Shown: positions 40,445-53,832, counted from the stretch's first letter. The stretch: DNA of 64,000 bases from Eledone cirrhosa (GCA_964016885.1 OZ024754.1:9920001-9984000); one strand, 5' to 3'. The notes: generated from the letters alone by a model not told the origin. Numbers and translations are program-made.

Positions 40445-40460
40445 CAGCGCCATCTAGTGG
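40445..40460 (-). promoter_or_regulatory. Candidate CTCF binding site
   Basis: The minus strand reads CCACTAGATGGCGCTG, fitting the CTCF core CCASYAGRKGGCRS, in otherwise AT-rich unique sequence. Confidence 0.6.
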
Positions 40461-40699
40461 ATTCCAGCAGAAGCAATGAGGGATATTTACTGCTTATGTC
40501 TTCTAACTTAACAGTTTGACAGAAATCAAGAAAATAAGTAAACAATAACACTTGAAAACATTCAGTACATACAATCAACACTCATAGATGAATACACACA
40601 CACACACTCATATATATATATATATATATGTGTTTGTGTGTGTGTGTGCAATGTTAATGCGTGTGAACGAGTTGAGAGAGAAACTGTGAATAAGGGGGT

Positions 40700-40830
40700 T
40701 AAGCTGTAGTGTGCAGGACAGAAGACCACGAAAATCATGGGACGGAGGTGGTGTGAGTAGACCTCAGATCGCTGAAGCTCACAAAGGACCGTGAAAGCAG
40801 GGAAAAGCGGACGTAAAATGATGATGATGA
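40700..40830 (+). mobile_element. Internally deleted 3' end of RTE family 2
   Basis: Aligns by eye with 51975-52143 (agaccacgaaaa...gacctc.gatcgctgaagctcac...aaggaccgtga...gcagggaaaagcgg). Confidence 0.7.
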
Positions 40831-40998
40831 TATATATATATATATATATATACGAGACAAACTACAACAGAAACACAAACACTCCATCTCAATTTTACCT
40901 TTGAAAATCTTAAGAACTGTGAAACCAGTAAAGTAAATAAATATTCTTAAACGACTCCAGTTGCATTTTTAATTTCCTTTCCTTACATATATAAAGAT

Positions 40999-41674
40999 AA
41001 GGTCATGAGAACGGCCAGCAACAGGTCCAGTGATCAGAGTCAATCAACAGGACCTCGAGGAAGTCGATCACTTCACCTATCTGGGCAGCATCCTGACAAG
41101 CAGCGGTGACGCGGAGCTCGACATCAACTGTCGGATCGGCAAAGGAGCCGCAGTTTTCCAGCGGCTGTGCCCAGTCTGGTCGTCTTCATGCATTAGCACC
41201 AAGACCAAGCTCCGCCTGTACAAGAGCGTCGTGCTGCCGACAGTGGTTTATGCGAGCGAGACCTGGAAGAGTACGGCAAAAAATAGAGAGACGGGTGAAC
41301 GCTTTCCACCAGCGGTGCCTGCGAAAGATCCTTCCTGTGTCCTGGTGTGACCGAGTGCGAAACGAGGAGATCCTGCGGAGAGCTGAGTCGTGGACGCTAC
41401 AGAGAGGGGTCATGGAGCGTCGGTGCCGTCTGGCTGGCCACTATATTCTGCGTTTGTGTCTGCCAAATGAACGGCATTCGAAAACAGCGATGAACTGGAC
41501 TCCGCCTGGCGGTAAACGGAGGCGGGCTTGCCCAAGGATCACCTGGTAACGAACGTTCTGGAAGGACCTGATGGCAGCCAACATCACCTGGCACGGTCTC
41601 GAAAAAGTTGCCGCTGATCTTGTCCGTTGGCGAGTACTTACGGCTCGATGTGCCGAACGGCGCGGAAGAATCTA

Positions 41675-41680
<6 letters not shown>
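40999..41680 (+). mobile_element. RTE-clade LINE 3' fragment (end of RT plus C-terminal domain), with frameshifts and a stop
   Basis: LEEVDHFTYLGSIL...DINCRIGK...TKLRLYKSVVLPTVVYASETW / AFHQRCLRKIL...VRNEEIL...GKRRR.CPRITW...W...AAD..RWR are all typical RTE motifs. Confidence 0.92.
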
Positions 41681-41711
<31 letters not shown>

Positions 41712-41779
41712 GTGTGTGTCAAACTGTGTATATATATATCAACATCATCGTCGTTTTAATGTCTGCTTTCCTTCCTAAA

Positions 41780-41828
<49 letters not shown>

Positions 41829-42098
41829 AAGGTTATATTTAATTTGTTGGAATTCAACAAACTTAAAAGTTTTATAACTGATATAAAGCACTCAACAGAT
41901 TGGTGCAGTAAATATTCATTATATTAATAAATGGAAACTATATTTATAAAACCATAATTATTTTATTATATATATTTCAAGGGCAACCAAGGCAAATTTT
42001 GGTGCGCTTTCATCAGATAAAATACAGAAATTTTTTTTATAAATGTTGACATACCCGCAGAAGAGCAACCTTGATGGTTGGAGGTTCGCTGGATAGCG

Positions 42099-42154
<56 letters not shown>

Positions 42155-42758
42155 AACACACACACACACACACACACCTGTCCAACCCATGCTGGGATGG
42201 AAAGCTCATGTAAAAGAATGTTGAAGATGATATATATATATATTAGTGTGTGTACACATGTGCATAAGCAAACATACACACACACACACACACACCAGAC
42301 ACACAGAGACAGACAATATCGACCTAAAAACTACGCTCCCTCTGTCATCTCCAAAATTAATTTATCAATTATTCAGCTAGGAGAGGAGAGGAGATTCCGG
42401 TTAAGGACAGCATGGAATTTGGTGATGGAGGGCTGGGGAAAACAAACAGCATGATTGAAAAGCAACAATTAAAAATTGAGTCATGCACCTTCATCTATTA
42501 CACATACACACACTAGTCTATACAGACACTATAGAATACACCACACACATACACACTCTTACACACACACACATACTAGTCTATAGACACTACAGAATAC
42601 ACCACACACACACACACACACTAGTCTATACAGACACTATAGAATACACCACACACACACATACACACACTAGTCTATTCAGACACTACAGAATACACCA
42701 CACACACACACTCTTACACACACACACATACTAGTCTATACAGACACTACAGAATATA

Positions 42759-42796
<38 letters not shown>

Positions 42797-43624
42797 CTAT
42801 ACAGACACTACAGAATACACCACACACTCTTACATACAACACACACACATACATACACACAGAGAGCAGGAAGGAACAGCACCCCACCCCCTCAACACAT
42901 CTCACCCCTCCGGTTATTAGAGAAGAGAAATTGAGAATATATAAAACACTCATGAAAGACTTGCTCAACAGTCAGGAGCACAAGTGGGAGAGCAGTGTGT
43001 GGGGTGGGGGATTACATGGGGGACGACGACGACGACGGGTGTGACAAGTGGGGGGAGGTGTGGGGGAGTGGTGACAAGTGGGAGTGGGGAGCTGATAGGC
43101 GGTGGGGGAGGGGGAGTTGATGACAGATTGATAATATGGTAACAGTTGTGTTGATGTGATGGGGGGGATGATGGTGTTGGGGTGGTGGTTGTGGGGGTGT
43201 GTGACAGTGGGGGTGGTGGGGGTGGGGGTTATATTGGTGAGGGAATGGCAGAACTATGACATAAAATAAATTACTTTGATTGGGTAGCAGTTTAAGTTTT
43301 AGAAAGAAAGCTAAAGGAATGAGCCAGCCCCCCCCCCCCCCCCCCCCCCCCAGCAACCCTAGCCCCTACTCCCACCCCACACAGATTTAGATTTAGTTAT
43401 CTCCAAATTTATGACTAGTTGCTTCTCTCCCACACCACCCACATCTATAGGTATGTAGTTAACTGGAGGTATGTAGTTAACTGGTGGAATGGCTAGAGGC
43501 TATTCCCTACATTGTTGGCCCCTAAATTTAACTACAATGACTGTATATCTAATGAAATACACTATTTTAATTAATGGAGACTTTTGAGGGATTTACTAAA
43601 ATTATTAATTATTATCTTGTGTAA

Positions 43625-43812
43625 GGGCGGGGAATTGGCAGTATCGATAGAGGGTCGGACGCCATGCTTTCCAGCATAGTTACGTCCCTTTACAGACTGA
43701 GTTCAAATCCCGTCGAGGTTAACTTTGCCTTTCATCCTTACGGGGGTCGATAAAATAAAGTATCAGTAATGTACTGGGTAATTGCTGGCCTTGTGCCAAA
43801 ATTAGAAACAAC
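43625..43812 (+). mobile_element. SINE B, full length, with target-site duplication
   Basis: A and B boxes present. TSD taattattatcttgt at 43606-43620 and 43813-43827. Confidence 0.9.
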
Positions 43813-44841
43813 TAATTATTATCTTGTTAAAATTAAGTTTGGAAGATTTTAATTTAAATTGGAAATCTTTAAAATGAGTAGAGATCTTTATTTTGTAGAA
43901 CTGGGGCTGGTTTTGGCCAGGTTGGTAGCTAAAGGGTTAATCTGATGTATGTTTATAGAACTCATCAAAGGTGCATGTATAGTACATAGAATGATGTACA
44001 AATTTCAGGAAAGTGAACAGTGTATGAGTCGCAATATTGGTTTGCTGTAACTTAGAAACATAAGAATATACAATCTACAGCTAGTGCCTCTGACTTAATA
44101 CTGACTGTAGAAATGTCAAACAGATGTCAAAATTAGTAGAGCTTTGGACAAAAAGACTCTCAGGGATTTGGTTATATCTCTTTATATTCTGAGATTAATT
44201 TCTACTGAAGTCAACTGCTTTTGGTAAAAAATAAATTACACTAGAAGGCTGTGCTCCAGTATGGCCATGGTCCAATAACTGAAACCAGTAAAAGAATTTA
44301 AAAAAAGTATGAAAACCCATAAAACCCCCCCAAAAAAATGTTCTGTTAGTCTTGTTAACATTCCATAACTTTAGAAACTATCATCTCTCTCTCTTTCTCT
44401 CCTCCTCCTCTCTCTCTTTCTCTCCTCCTCCTCTCTCTCTTTCTCTCCTCCTCCTCTCTCTCTGTCTCTCACAGTCACTCTCTCTCTCTCTGTCGCTCTT
44501 TGTCTCTCCCTGTCGTTCTTTGTCTCTCTCTGTCTCTCACTGTCTCTCACTCTCTGTCGTTCTTTGTCTCTCTCTGTCTCTCTCTCAGAGAGATGTCATA
44601 GGCATGTCAGTTTCTCATGGAACCCAACCAAACAACCAGGAAAACCCTCCACCAGCACCTTTCCCCCACTCTTAGCTAATGAGTCAGATTTGCTTTTAAT
44701 TGAAGCATCTTCATTTCTCAAAGTGTCCTGAAGGTTTAAAGTTCAAGTATGAGAGAGCAAAATAATTCCTTAAGTGAAATATTAACAAAAAGACCCTCCA
44801 AAAACCTGTAAAAACAGAAAAAAAAACTGGGAACTAAATCA

Positions 44842-45697
44842 ACTAACCACATCGCAATCAGTTTGTCTCACATACCACCACCTCGGCCACCTCCACCCCC
44901 TGCTACTACTAACCACATCGCAATCAGTTTGTCTCACATACCACCACCTCGGCCACCTCCACCCCCTGCTACTACTAACCACATCGCAATCAGTTTGTCT
45001 CACATACCACCACCTCGGCCACCTCCACCCCCTGCTACTACTAACCACATCGCAATCAGTTTGTCTCACATACCACCACCTCGGCCACCTCCACCCTCTA
45101 CTACTACTAACCACATCGCAATCAGTTTGTCTCACATACCACCACCTCGGCCACCTCCACCCCCTGCTACTACTAACCACATCGCAATCAGTTTGTCTCA
45201 CATACCACCACCTCGGCCACCTCCACCCCCTGCTACTACTAACCACATCGCAATCAGTTTGTTTCACATACCACCACCTCGGCCACCTCCACCCTCTGCT
45301 ACTACTAACCACATCGCAATCAGTTTGTTTCACATACCACCACCTCGGCCACCTCCACCCCCTGCTACTACTAACCACATCGCAATCAGTTTGTCTCACA
45401 TACCACCACCTCGGCCACCTCCACCCCCTGCTACTACTAACCACATCGCAATCAGTTTGTCTCACATACCACCACCTCGGCCACCTCCACCCCCTGCTAC
45501 TACTAACCACATCGCAATCAGTTTGTCTCACATACCACCACCTCGGCCACCTCCACCCCCTGCTACTACTAACCACATCGCAATCAGTTTGTCTCACATA
45601 CCACCACCTCGGCCACCTCCACCCCCTGCTACTACTAACCACATCGCAATCAGTTTGTCTCACATACCACCACCTCGGCCACCTCCACCCTCTACTA
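44842..45697. repeat. 66-bp minisatellite, about 13 near-identical copies
   Basis: Unit actaaccacatcgcaatcagtttgtctcacataccaccacctcggccacctccaccccctgctact. Confidence 0.97.
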
Positions 45698-46264
45698 ATG
45701 GTTCACTCAACATAACAACAGTCTGATGGAACTCTTTAGAAAAGAAGTGATTAAACTATTTTAACATTGTCTTTAATAGGTTCAAGTGCTGCCTCCGCTG
45801 CGCCAACCTTACCACATATCGGTAGAATACCGCAGTGTGACTGTTATAGCTTAAAGTAGAGGGAGAGGGGAGAGGTTGGGTTGAGAGGTGGGGGTGGGGT
45901 GGGGGGATGAGAGGGTTTGGGAGGGGTGGGGTGGGAGGAAGACGGGGGGAGGAGAGATGGGGAGAAAGATGACGGTTGAGAGAGGGGGAGAGAGATGACG
46001 GTTGAGAGAGGGAGAGAGAGATGACAAAGGGGGTTGAGAGAGGGAGAGAGAGATGACAAAGGGGGTTGAGAGAGGGAGAGAGAGATGACAAAGGGGGTTG
46101 AGAGAGGAGGAGAGCATTACTACAAGTTCCGCCACCCCTAATCAATGTTTTTTTTTTGGTGCTAGTGCTTTTGTGCGTGCAGACATGTTTGGGTGCATTC
46201 ACACATATATTTCTAAGTACACACCAACATATACATAAATGTACATGATGAGATATACACATAT

Positions 46265-46608
46265 ATCATCATCATTTCATCATTTCATTTTACATCCGCT
46301 TTTCCCTGCTTGCAAGGGTGGGACGGGAACTGATTCTGGCTTGATTTCTACAGCTGGATGCCCTTCCTAACACCAACCTCATTTACAGTGAGTGCTGGGT
46401 GCTTTTTTGCCGTGGCACCTCCACGACCACTTTGCAGTGGAATGATATGGACCCCAGTCCCTATCATCTCATTTCTACAGTTGAGTAAACTGGAGCAATG
46501 TGAAATAAAGTGTCTTGCTCAAGGAAACAACACATCACCTGGTCTGAGAATTGAACTCACAACCTTTCGATTGCAAGGCCAATGCTCTTACCACTAAGCC
46601 ATGTGCCT

Positions 46609-46610
<2 letters not shown>
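46265..46610 (-). mobile_element. SINE A, full length
   Basis: Reverse complement of the 26061 copy. Confidence 0.9.
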
Positions 46611-46646
<36 letters not shown>

Positions 46647-46650
<4 letters not shown>

Positions 46651-46875
46651 TACTCAGCTGTAGAAATGACATGATAGGGACTGAGGTCCCTATCATTCCA
46701 CTGCAAAGTGGCCGTGGAGGTGCCACGGCAAAAAAGCACCCAGCACTCACTGTAAATGAGGTTGGTGTTAGGAAGGGCATCCAGCTGTAGAAATCAAGCC
46801 AGAATCAGTTCCCATCCCACCCTTGCAAGCAGGGAAAAGCGGATGTAAAATGATGATGATGATGATGATGATGAT
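46647..46875 (+). mobile_element. SINE A, 5'-truncated, inverted relative to its neighbour
   Basis: Begins at agtttactcagctg directly after (TA)n and runs to the (atg)n tail. Confidence 0.9.
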
Positions 46876-47566
46876 ATATATATATATATATATATATCAT
46901 CATGTTAGCATGTATACATATACATGCTAACATATATGCACACAAATAACATGAACCCGGGAGGGGGGGGAGGAGATTTCACTGGGTACAAGAGACAAAT
47001 CAACCCACAGAATCATCATCATTGTTTAACGTCCATCTTCCACGCTAGCATGGGTTGGACGGGTTTGTCCCACTTGAGGCAAGAATGATCGGGTGACCAT
47101 GTCTCGCTCGTACAGAACTGTCCCTGGCAGGGTTTTCTACGGCTGGATGCCCTTCCTAACACCAACCACATTTAATATTCTATCATACTATTTCATTATA
47201 ATACCATTATAAATTTTAAAGGATTGTAAACAAAACAAGTAAATCTGACAAAGTTGGAATTCCTCTTATTAATATAATCTTCTATACACAATCATACACA
47301 CCCGTATATATATATCTATCTATATATATATGTAAATATATACGTTAACCTTGGTCTTCCTCTTCTAGTGTGTCCATATATATATATGTGCGTATTTATA
47401 TATATATATATATATATATAAATGTATGTATATATATTATATATATACGAAGGACCATGACGAATGGAGAGATGGTGTGCTGAATAGGACCCGTCCCACC
47501 CTTGCGAGCAGGGGAAAGTGGACATAAAATGGTGTGTGTGTGTGTGTATATATATGCATGCATGTA

Positions 47567-47600
<34 letters not shown>

Positions 47601-50067
47601 CATGCATATATATGTGTGTGTGTATATATATATGCGAATATATGTGTGTATATATATATATATATATAAAATATAAATATGTGTATATATATATATATAT
47701 ATGTGAGTGTGTGCATGTACATGCATATATGAGAGAGAGAGAGAGAGAGAGCTGTCTGCTTCATCATTTGCCATAAAATTTAGCAACTAGAATCATTTGT
47801 CATAAAACTAAGTACAATAAAGCCCAGATGTCTGCTATAAAAGCTATGTCAGTACAACAACAACAACAACAACAACATAAAATTAATAGAATATGAAACG
47901 CTAACTAAAAACTAATAGGAATGCACTAAAGACAAGCTATATCTAATCAGTAACTAAATTTGTATTCTGTTTGGTACACTGAGTGTGGCCCTCGATAACT
48001 TATAACCTACAAGGTGACAGGTCCTCCGACTTGTATTTTGTCTATGATGTAAAGGATGTTTAACTGAAGATCAGAAGTTTTCAAAGTGAGTGAAATCGTG
48101 CAGAGACAGATAAAAAGCTGGGCTAAAACATTTGACCAAAAATCGACCAGAAAAAGAGATTGTAGCAGCTTTATCAGGGGTCATGGAGATTGTCATGGAG
48201 AATTGAAAGTATTAGAAAGAAACAAATATTAAAATAATGGTGGGTGGCAATAGTGGGTGGTGGTGGTGGTGGTGGTGATGGTGGTGGTGGTGGTGGTGAT
48301 GGGGGTGTTGGTGGTGGTGGTGGTGGTGATGATGGGGGTGTTGTTGGTGGTGGTGGTGGTGGTGATGGTGGTGGTGATGGTGGTGGTGGTGGTGGGGCTG
48401 TTGGTGGTGGTGGTGGTGGTGGTGTTGGTGGTGGTGGTGTTGGTGGTGACTGTAATGGTGGTGGTGGTGGTGGTGTTGGTGGTGACTGTAATGGTGGTGG
48501 TGGTGTTGGCGGTGACTGTAATGGTGGTGGTGGTGGTGGTGGTGATGGTGGTGTTGGTGGTGACTGTAATGGTGGTGTTGGGTGGTGATAGTGGGTGGTG
48601 GTGGTGGTGGCGGTGACTGTGATGGTGGTGGTGGTGGTGGTGGTGGTGGTGATGGTGACTGTGATGGTAACTGTAATGGTGGCGGTGGTGGTGATGATAA
48701 CAATGATGATAATGATGGAGATGATGATAATGGTGATGATGATGATAATGGCGATGATGATAATGGTGATGATGATAATGATAATAAATATGATAATGAA
48801 TATGTTGATGAAGACAGCTACGAGTAACATGTTGAGGATAACAATGGTGGTGCTGCTGCTGATGATGCTGACACCACCACCACCACCACGACCACCAACA
48901 CCACCAACACCACCACCACCACTGTCACCACCACCAACACCACGATAATCAGACCACCACCAACACTACCACCACCACCACCACCACCACCACCGTCACC
49001 ACCACCCCCAACACCACCACCGTCACCACCACCGCCACCGTCACCACCACCACCACCACCACCACTGCTGGTATCTAGTATATGTGCTGTGGATGAGCCA
49101 GTGTGACAGGCTGAGCAAGCTCCATACCATTGTCAGGTTCTAACTAATAATCCAGCTTGTAATGTTGTGTGGCTGTACTCCCCTCCACACAGGCACCAAC
49201 TTAGCAAGTTGAGTGGGTGGGTGGTGGGGAGAGGGAGAGGTGAAGTGGGGAGAGGGAAAGAGAGAGGTGAAGAGAGGTAGAGAGAGGGAGAGAGAAGTAG
49301 TGAAGAGAGAGAGAGAGATGTGGAGAGAGAGAGAGAGAGAGAGGTGAAGAGAAAGGTGGAGAGAGGGAGAGGTGAAGAGAGAGAGAGAAAGAGAGGGGAA
49401 GAGGTGAAGAGAGAGAGAGGGGGAAGAGGTGAAGAGAGAGAGAGAGGGGGAAAGAGGTGAAGAGAGAGAGAGAGAGGGGGAAAGAGGTGAAGAGAGAGAG
49501 AGGGGAAAGAGGTGAAGAGAGAGAGGTGGAAGAGGTGAAGAGAAAAGTTGAGAGAGAAAGGTTGAGAGCGAGAGAGAGATGAAGAGAGAAAGGTGGAGAG
49601 GGAGGGATGGAGAGAGAAAGAAGAATGATGCACGGAATATAATGATCAAAATATGCACAACTGTGATGTCCGACTGCTTTAATATGATTAACAGTTCCAT
49701 GTTGGTATGACGAGGCTTCACCAACAGAATATGGTACTCATAGACTTATTTATCACGTTCTTATTTTCTCCAGAATGGAATTAAATTTTGACAGCTGTAT
49801 TCTGTAGTTGTCTTCTGGGCTACATTGAAATACATTATTATAATGGACAACAGGATTAAAGCGCAAACTCTATTGAATCTTTCATGGAACAGGTATCAAT
49901 TTTCTAGGATATCCTGCTATATAAAAATTCCTATATTTACAGAACATATACCAGCTTAGCTAAAATATTTTATCTCCTTAATATCATTAATTGTTTGACC
50001 AAACAAATATATTGTCTCCCAATGCTTTAATCATTAATTTTCAATGCTATCCATATGACTTGCTTAA

Positions 50068-50278
50068 CCCTTTAGCATTTACATTGCTCTATATATACTA
50101 TTGTATTTTAACAGTAACGGCTTTATCTCACATAATTATCTCACACAATATCGAATCTATGAGATTTTGATATTATTTATTTTGAGAACAAACCCTTAAC
50201 ATTGGTATAAGCGGCTGGTTACGGCTGATTTGAACAGAAAGAGGTGAAAGAATTCTGGCTGGTTTAAATACTAATGGG
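50068..50278. mobile_element. piggyBac-like MITE, family P1
   Basis: TTAA-ccctttagcattta ... taaatactaatggg-TTAA. Confidence 0.85.
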
Positions 50279-50575
50279 TTAAAGCTGGAAATACATAAGG
50301 GGGTGAATGAAATGACGCTAACTTCTTGGGATTTGTAGTAATGAAAAAAATTTGAACTATCTGAATTTTTTTCAAAATATCAAGAGACAAAATTTAATGA
50401 CATATAAGTTAGAACATATTTTGTAGAACATTTTTTATAATGTTAATGATATTTATATTTTAACAGTATTTTTACAACTACAGCACAAGAAGTTATTCTT
50501 CCATTAAGTCAATCCCCCATAAAATACAATTTTAATTCCCCATATAATGTCGATACATATAAACCGAAACTGATA

Positions 50576-50759
50576 ATTGTTTCTACTTTAGGCACAAGGC
50601 CAGCAGTTACCCAGTTCATTACTGGTACTTTATTTTATCGACCCCGTAAGGATGAAAGGCAAAGTCAACGTCGGCGGGATTTGAACTCAGATCGTAAAGG
50701 GACGTAACTATGCTGGAAAGCATGGCGTCCGACCCTCTACCGATACTGCTAATCCACCA
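50576..50759 (-). mobile_element. SINE B
   Basis: Family match, with actgataat on both flanks as a probable TSD. Confidence 0.88.
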
Positions 50760-51974
50760 CTGATAATACTCTTTGGAGAGGCATGATTATCACATATCAC
50801 AACTTCTCATTACCCTTCTTCATAAAACATAGTTTGTGCCTAGTCAAAAAGAAATCAATAATTTGACTGCAGTTTACTTGGTTAAAATTCTTTATAGACT
50901 GGGGTGGTGCTGAAAATGTGTCATATATAGGACTTAGACTATAACATGTTTGAGAAACTCTGTGTAGACTGAAGAAAGAGACAGTCTAACAAAAGTGTAA
51001 TTCTTGTTCAAAGAAATATGAAAATGACAGGAAGAATCTGATATCATATTCTAGTGTATTATATCACATGTATCCTTTTAATGCAATTTTATTAATAACT
51101 GAAGATTACTGAAGATATTAATATTAATAATTAAACAAATAGCTCACTGGATGAGAGCAAGAGAATTCAATTTAGAATCAGATATCTCCACAAGTCATGA
51201 AAAATTCATTCCATATTTTACATTAACATACTTGGAAGTCTGCGGTCTACTAAAGCCTGTTGGTAAGATAGTTTCAGTGAAGTACTTGTAAAGGTGACAG
51301 GCAAGCATTAATACATAAATGAAAAGTCAGGGGAATAGAAATAAGAAAAGTTTAGTGAATCAGCTTTTAATTAGGAGATGTCAACAAATCCATCCAAATG
51401 TAAAAGTGCTTTTTCCTCCTCGCAGTTAAAACCAGCAACAGTAATACATACCTGTCATTCAAAATACCTTACAGTCAGATTGATTACATTTCTAATGATT
51501 TTTAACAAATCTTGGGATATATATTATTTTGTAATAAAAATTGCAATCTTACTCTTAGGACAAGTTTGCTTGAAAGATAAAAACCGACGACAACAACAAC
51601 AGCAAAAATCTGTGATTGGAAAATATCTACTGCCATAAATTTGAAGTATATTAACATTTGAGATGTTTCTCAAAGTCCCAGAAGGTTTATAAACTGAGAT
51701 AAATGATTTTTAGCGTTAAGTTATTTATATTTAGTTGTAGATATTTGCAAATGATACCAGGATAATTGCATCAAGCTAGTACATTAATATTTCCCAGATC
51801 TAGACTTTATTTCTAAAGATTTAGTTTCAAACCCAACCCAACAAGAAATTATAACTACCTGTGGGCAGGAAGCAAATTAATATTTAAAAAGAAAAAGGTT
51901 AATATTTAGTTGTATGTACATAAACAAAAACAAATATATTTGGGTAAAGAAGTGCCAAGAAATTCCAGTAGCAG

Positions 51975-52143
51975 TCAAGGAAGACCACGAAAAACATGGG
52001 CAGAGGTGGTGCGAGCAGACCTCCGATCGCTGAAGCTCACGGAGGAGATGACAAAGGACCGTGACGAATGGAGATATGCCGTGCTTAATAGGACCCGTCC
52101 CAGCCCTGCAAGCAGGGAAAAGCGGATGTATGATGATGATGAT
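51975..52143 (+). mobile_element. 3' end of an RTE-clade LINE, family 2
   Basis: Translates as GRPRKTWAEVVRADLRSLKLTEEMTKDRDEWRYAV (GRPxxxW...DRxxWR) and ends in (atg)n. Shorter ends occur at 47450-47530 and 57750-57840. Confidence 0.85.
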
Positions 52144-52530
52144 TTGCGAGTCTGTGCTTGTGTGTGAGTCTGTGCTTGTGTGTGAGTCTCTGCATGCGTG
52201 CATGTGTGTGTGTGTACTTGTGTGTATTTAAACCAATGTGTCTTGAACATTATTAAGAAAGGTAAACTTTTAAACATATATATATAAATGACATGTCAAA
52301 TGTTTAAATGACAATGTGCCATATAGAAATGATACAGAACGTAGACACTTCTGATAGAAACAGTATAAATATACACCCCTCAATTTAATTATGGATGAAA
52401 AGACAGATGATATATGTGAAAGACAATGAAAAGTGAGAGGTTTGTATCTGCACTTAGTTTAACAAATTTAAACATGTATTCTGCACTCAATCTTAGATTA
52501 GTCCTCAGCATATACAAACAGAAACACACG

Positions 52531-52576
<46 letters not shown>

Positions 52577-52653
52577 TATAAATGGACATATACACACATA
52601 TATACATATATACAGACATATACACACACACATATATATATAAATAGACATAT

Positions 52654-52686
<33 letters not shown>

Positions 52687-53302
52687 AATGGACATATACA
52701 CATATATATATATACAAACAGAAACACACACATACATATATATAGACATATACACACATATATATATAAATGAACATATACACACACATATACATATATA
52801 CAGACATATACACACACACATATATATATAAATAGACATATACAGACATATATATATATATATACAGACATATACACATATATATATATATAAATAGACA
52901 TATACACACATATATATATATATATAAATGGACATATATACACATATATATATATACAAACAGAAACACACACACATATATATATGCAGACATATACACA
53001 CACAGACACATATATTTCTGTTTGTATATATCTATTTCTATATTTGTATGTGTATTTATATTTATATATATATATATATACAAACATAAATACACATATA
53101 GAAACAGAAATACACACAAACACACATATACATGCACACACACACACACACACTGGTATGGAGATATGATGTATATAGAAGCTGACAGTTGGGTCTAGAA
53201 GTGTTAAATGCTCCAAAGGCTGTTGTGGAAGAAGAGGAAGGAGACATGGTAAGATCTTGAATGGGGAGTCACAAGAAGCTAAATCTCACACAAGAGATAA
53301 AG

Positions 53303-53730
53303 GACCGCTACATGTGGTAAGATGGTGTGGTGGAGAAGACCGCTACAGGTGGTAAGATGGTGTGCTAGAGAAAACCCAGCCATGTGGTAAGATGGTGTGG
53401 TGGAGGAAAGCCATACATGTGGTAAAATGGTGCAGTGGAGAAAACCGCTACATGTGGTAAGATGGTGTGGTGGAGAAGACCGCTACATGTGGTAAGATGG
53501 TGTGGTGGAGAAGACCGCTACATGTGGTAAGATGGTGTGGTGGAGAAGACCGCTACAGGTGGTAAGATGGTGTGGTGGAGAAGACCGCTACATGTGGTAA
53601 GATGGTGTGGTGGAGAAAACTCATCCATACGGTGAGATGGTGTGGTGGAGAAGACCCAGCCATGTGGTAAGATGGCATGGTGGAGAAAAGCCATCCATGT
53701 GGTAAGATGATGCGATGGAGAAAACCCATC
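53303..53730. repeat. 35-bp minisatellite, about 12 copies
   Basis: Unit accgctacatgtggtaagatggtgtggtggagaag. Confidence 0.92.
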
Positions 53731-53832
53731 CAATCTGTTACATACATATATATATACATAGAGGGAAAAGAGGACGTAAAATGAAAAATAAAATGATATA
53801 CACACACACACACACACACACACTTACAAACT

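Noticed and set aside
42000-42020. CUGAUGA on the minus strand as another hammerhead (also 52470-52510 and 58540-58575)
   Set aside because: There is no convincing helix II followed by GAAA.
44740-44830. Strong minus-strand acceptor followed by VF..., as a candidate final VFF exon of the kinase
   Set aside because: It reads VFGGSFC* and does not match the conserved VFFxS...MTL end.
51370-51450. Minus-strand HLDG motif resembling the CNH HLDGVFMHK block
   Set aside because: The context is ALLHLDGFVDIS*, with non-matching flanks and an early stop, so it is a chance 4-residue match.
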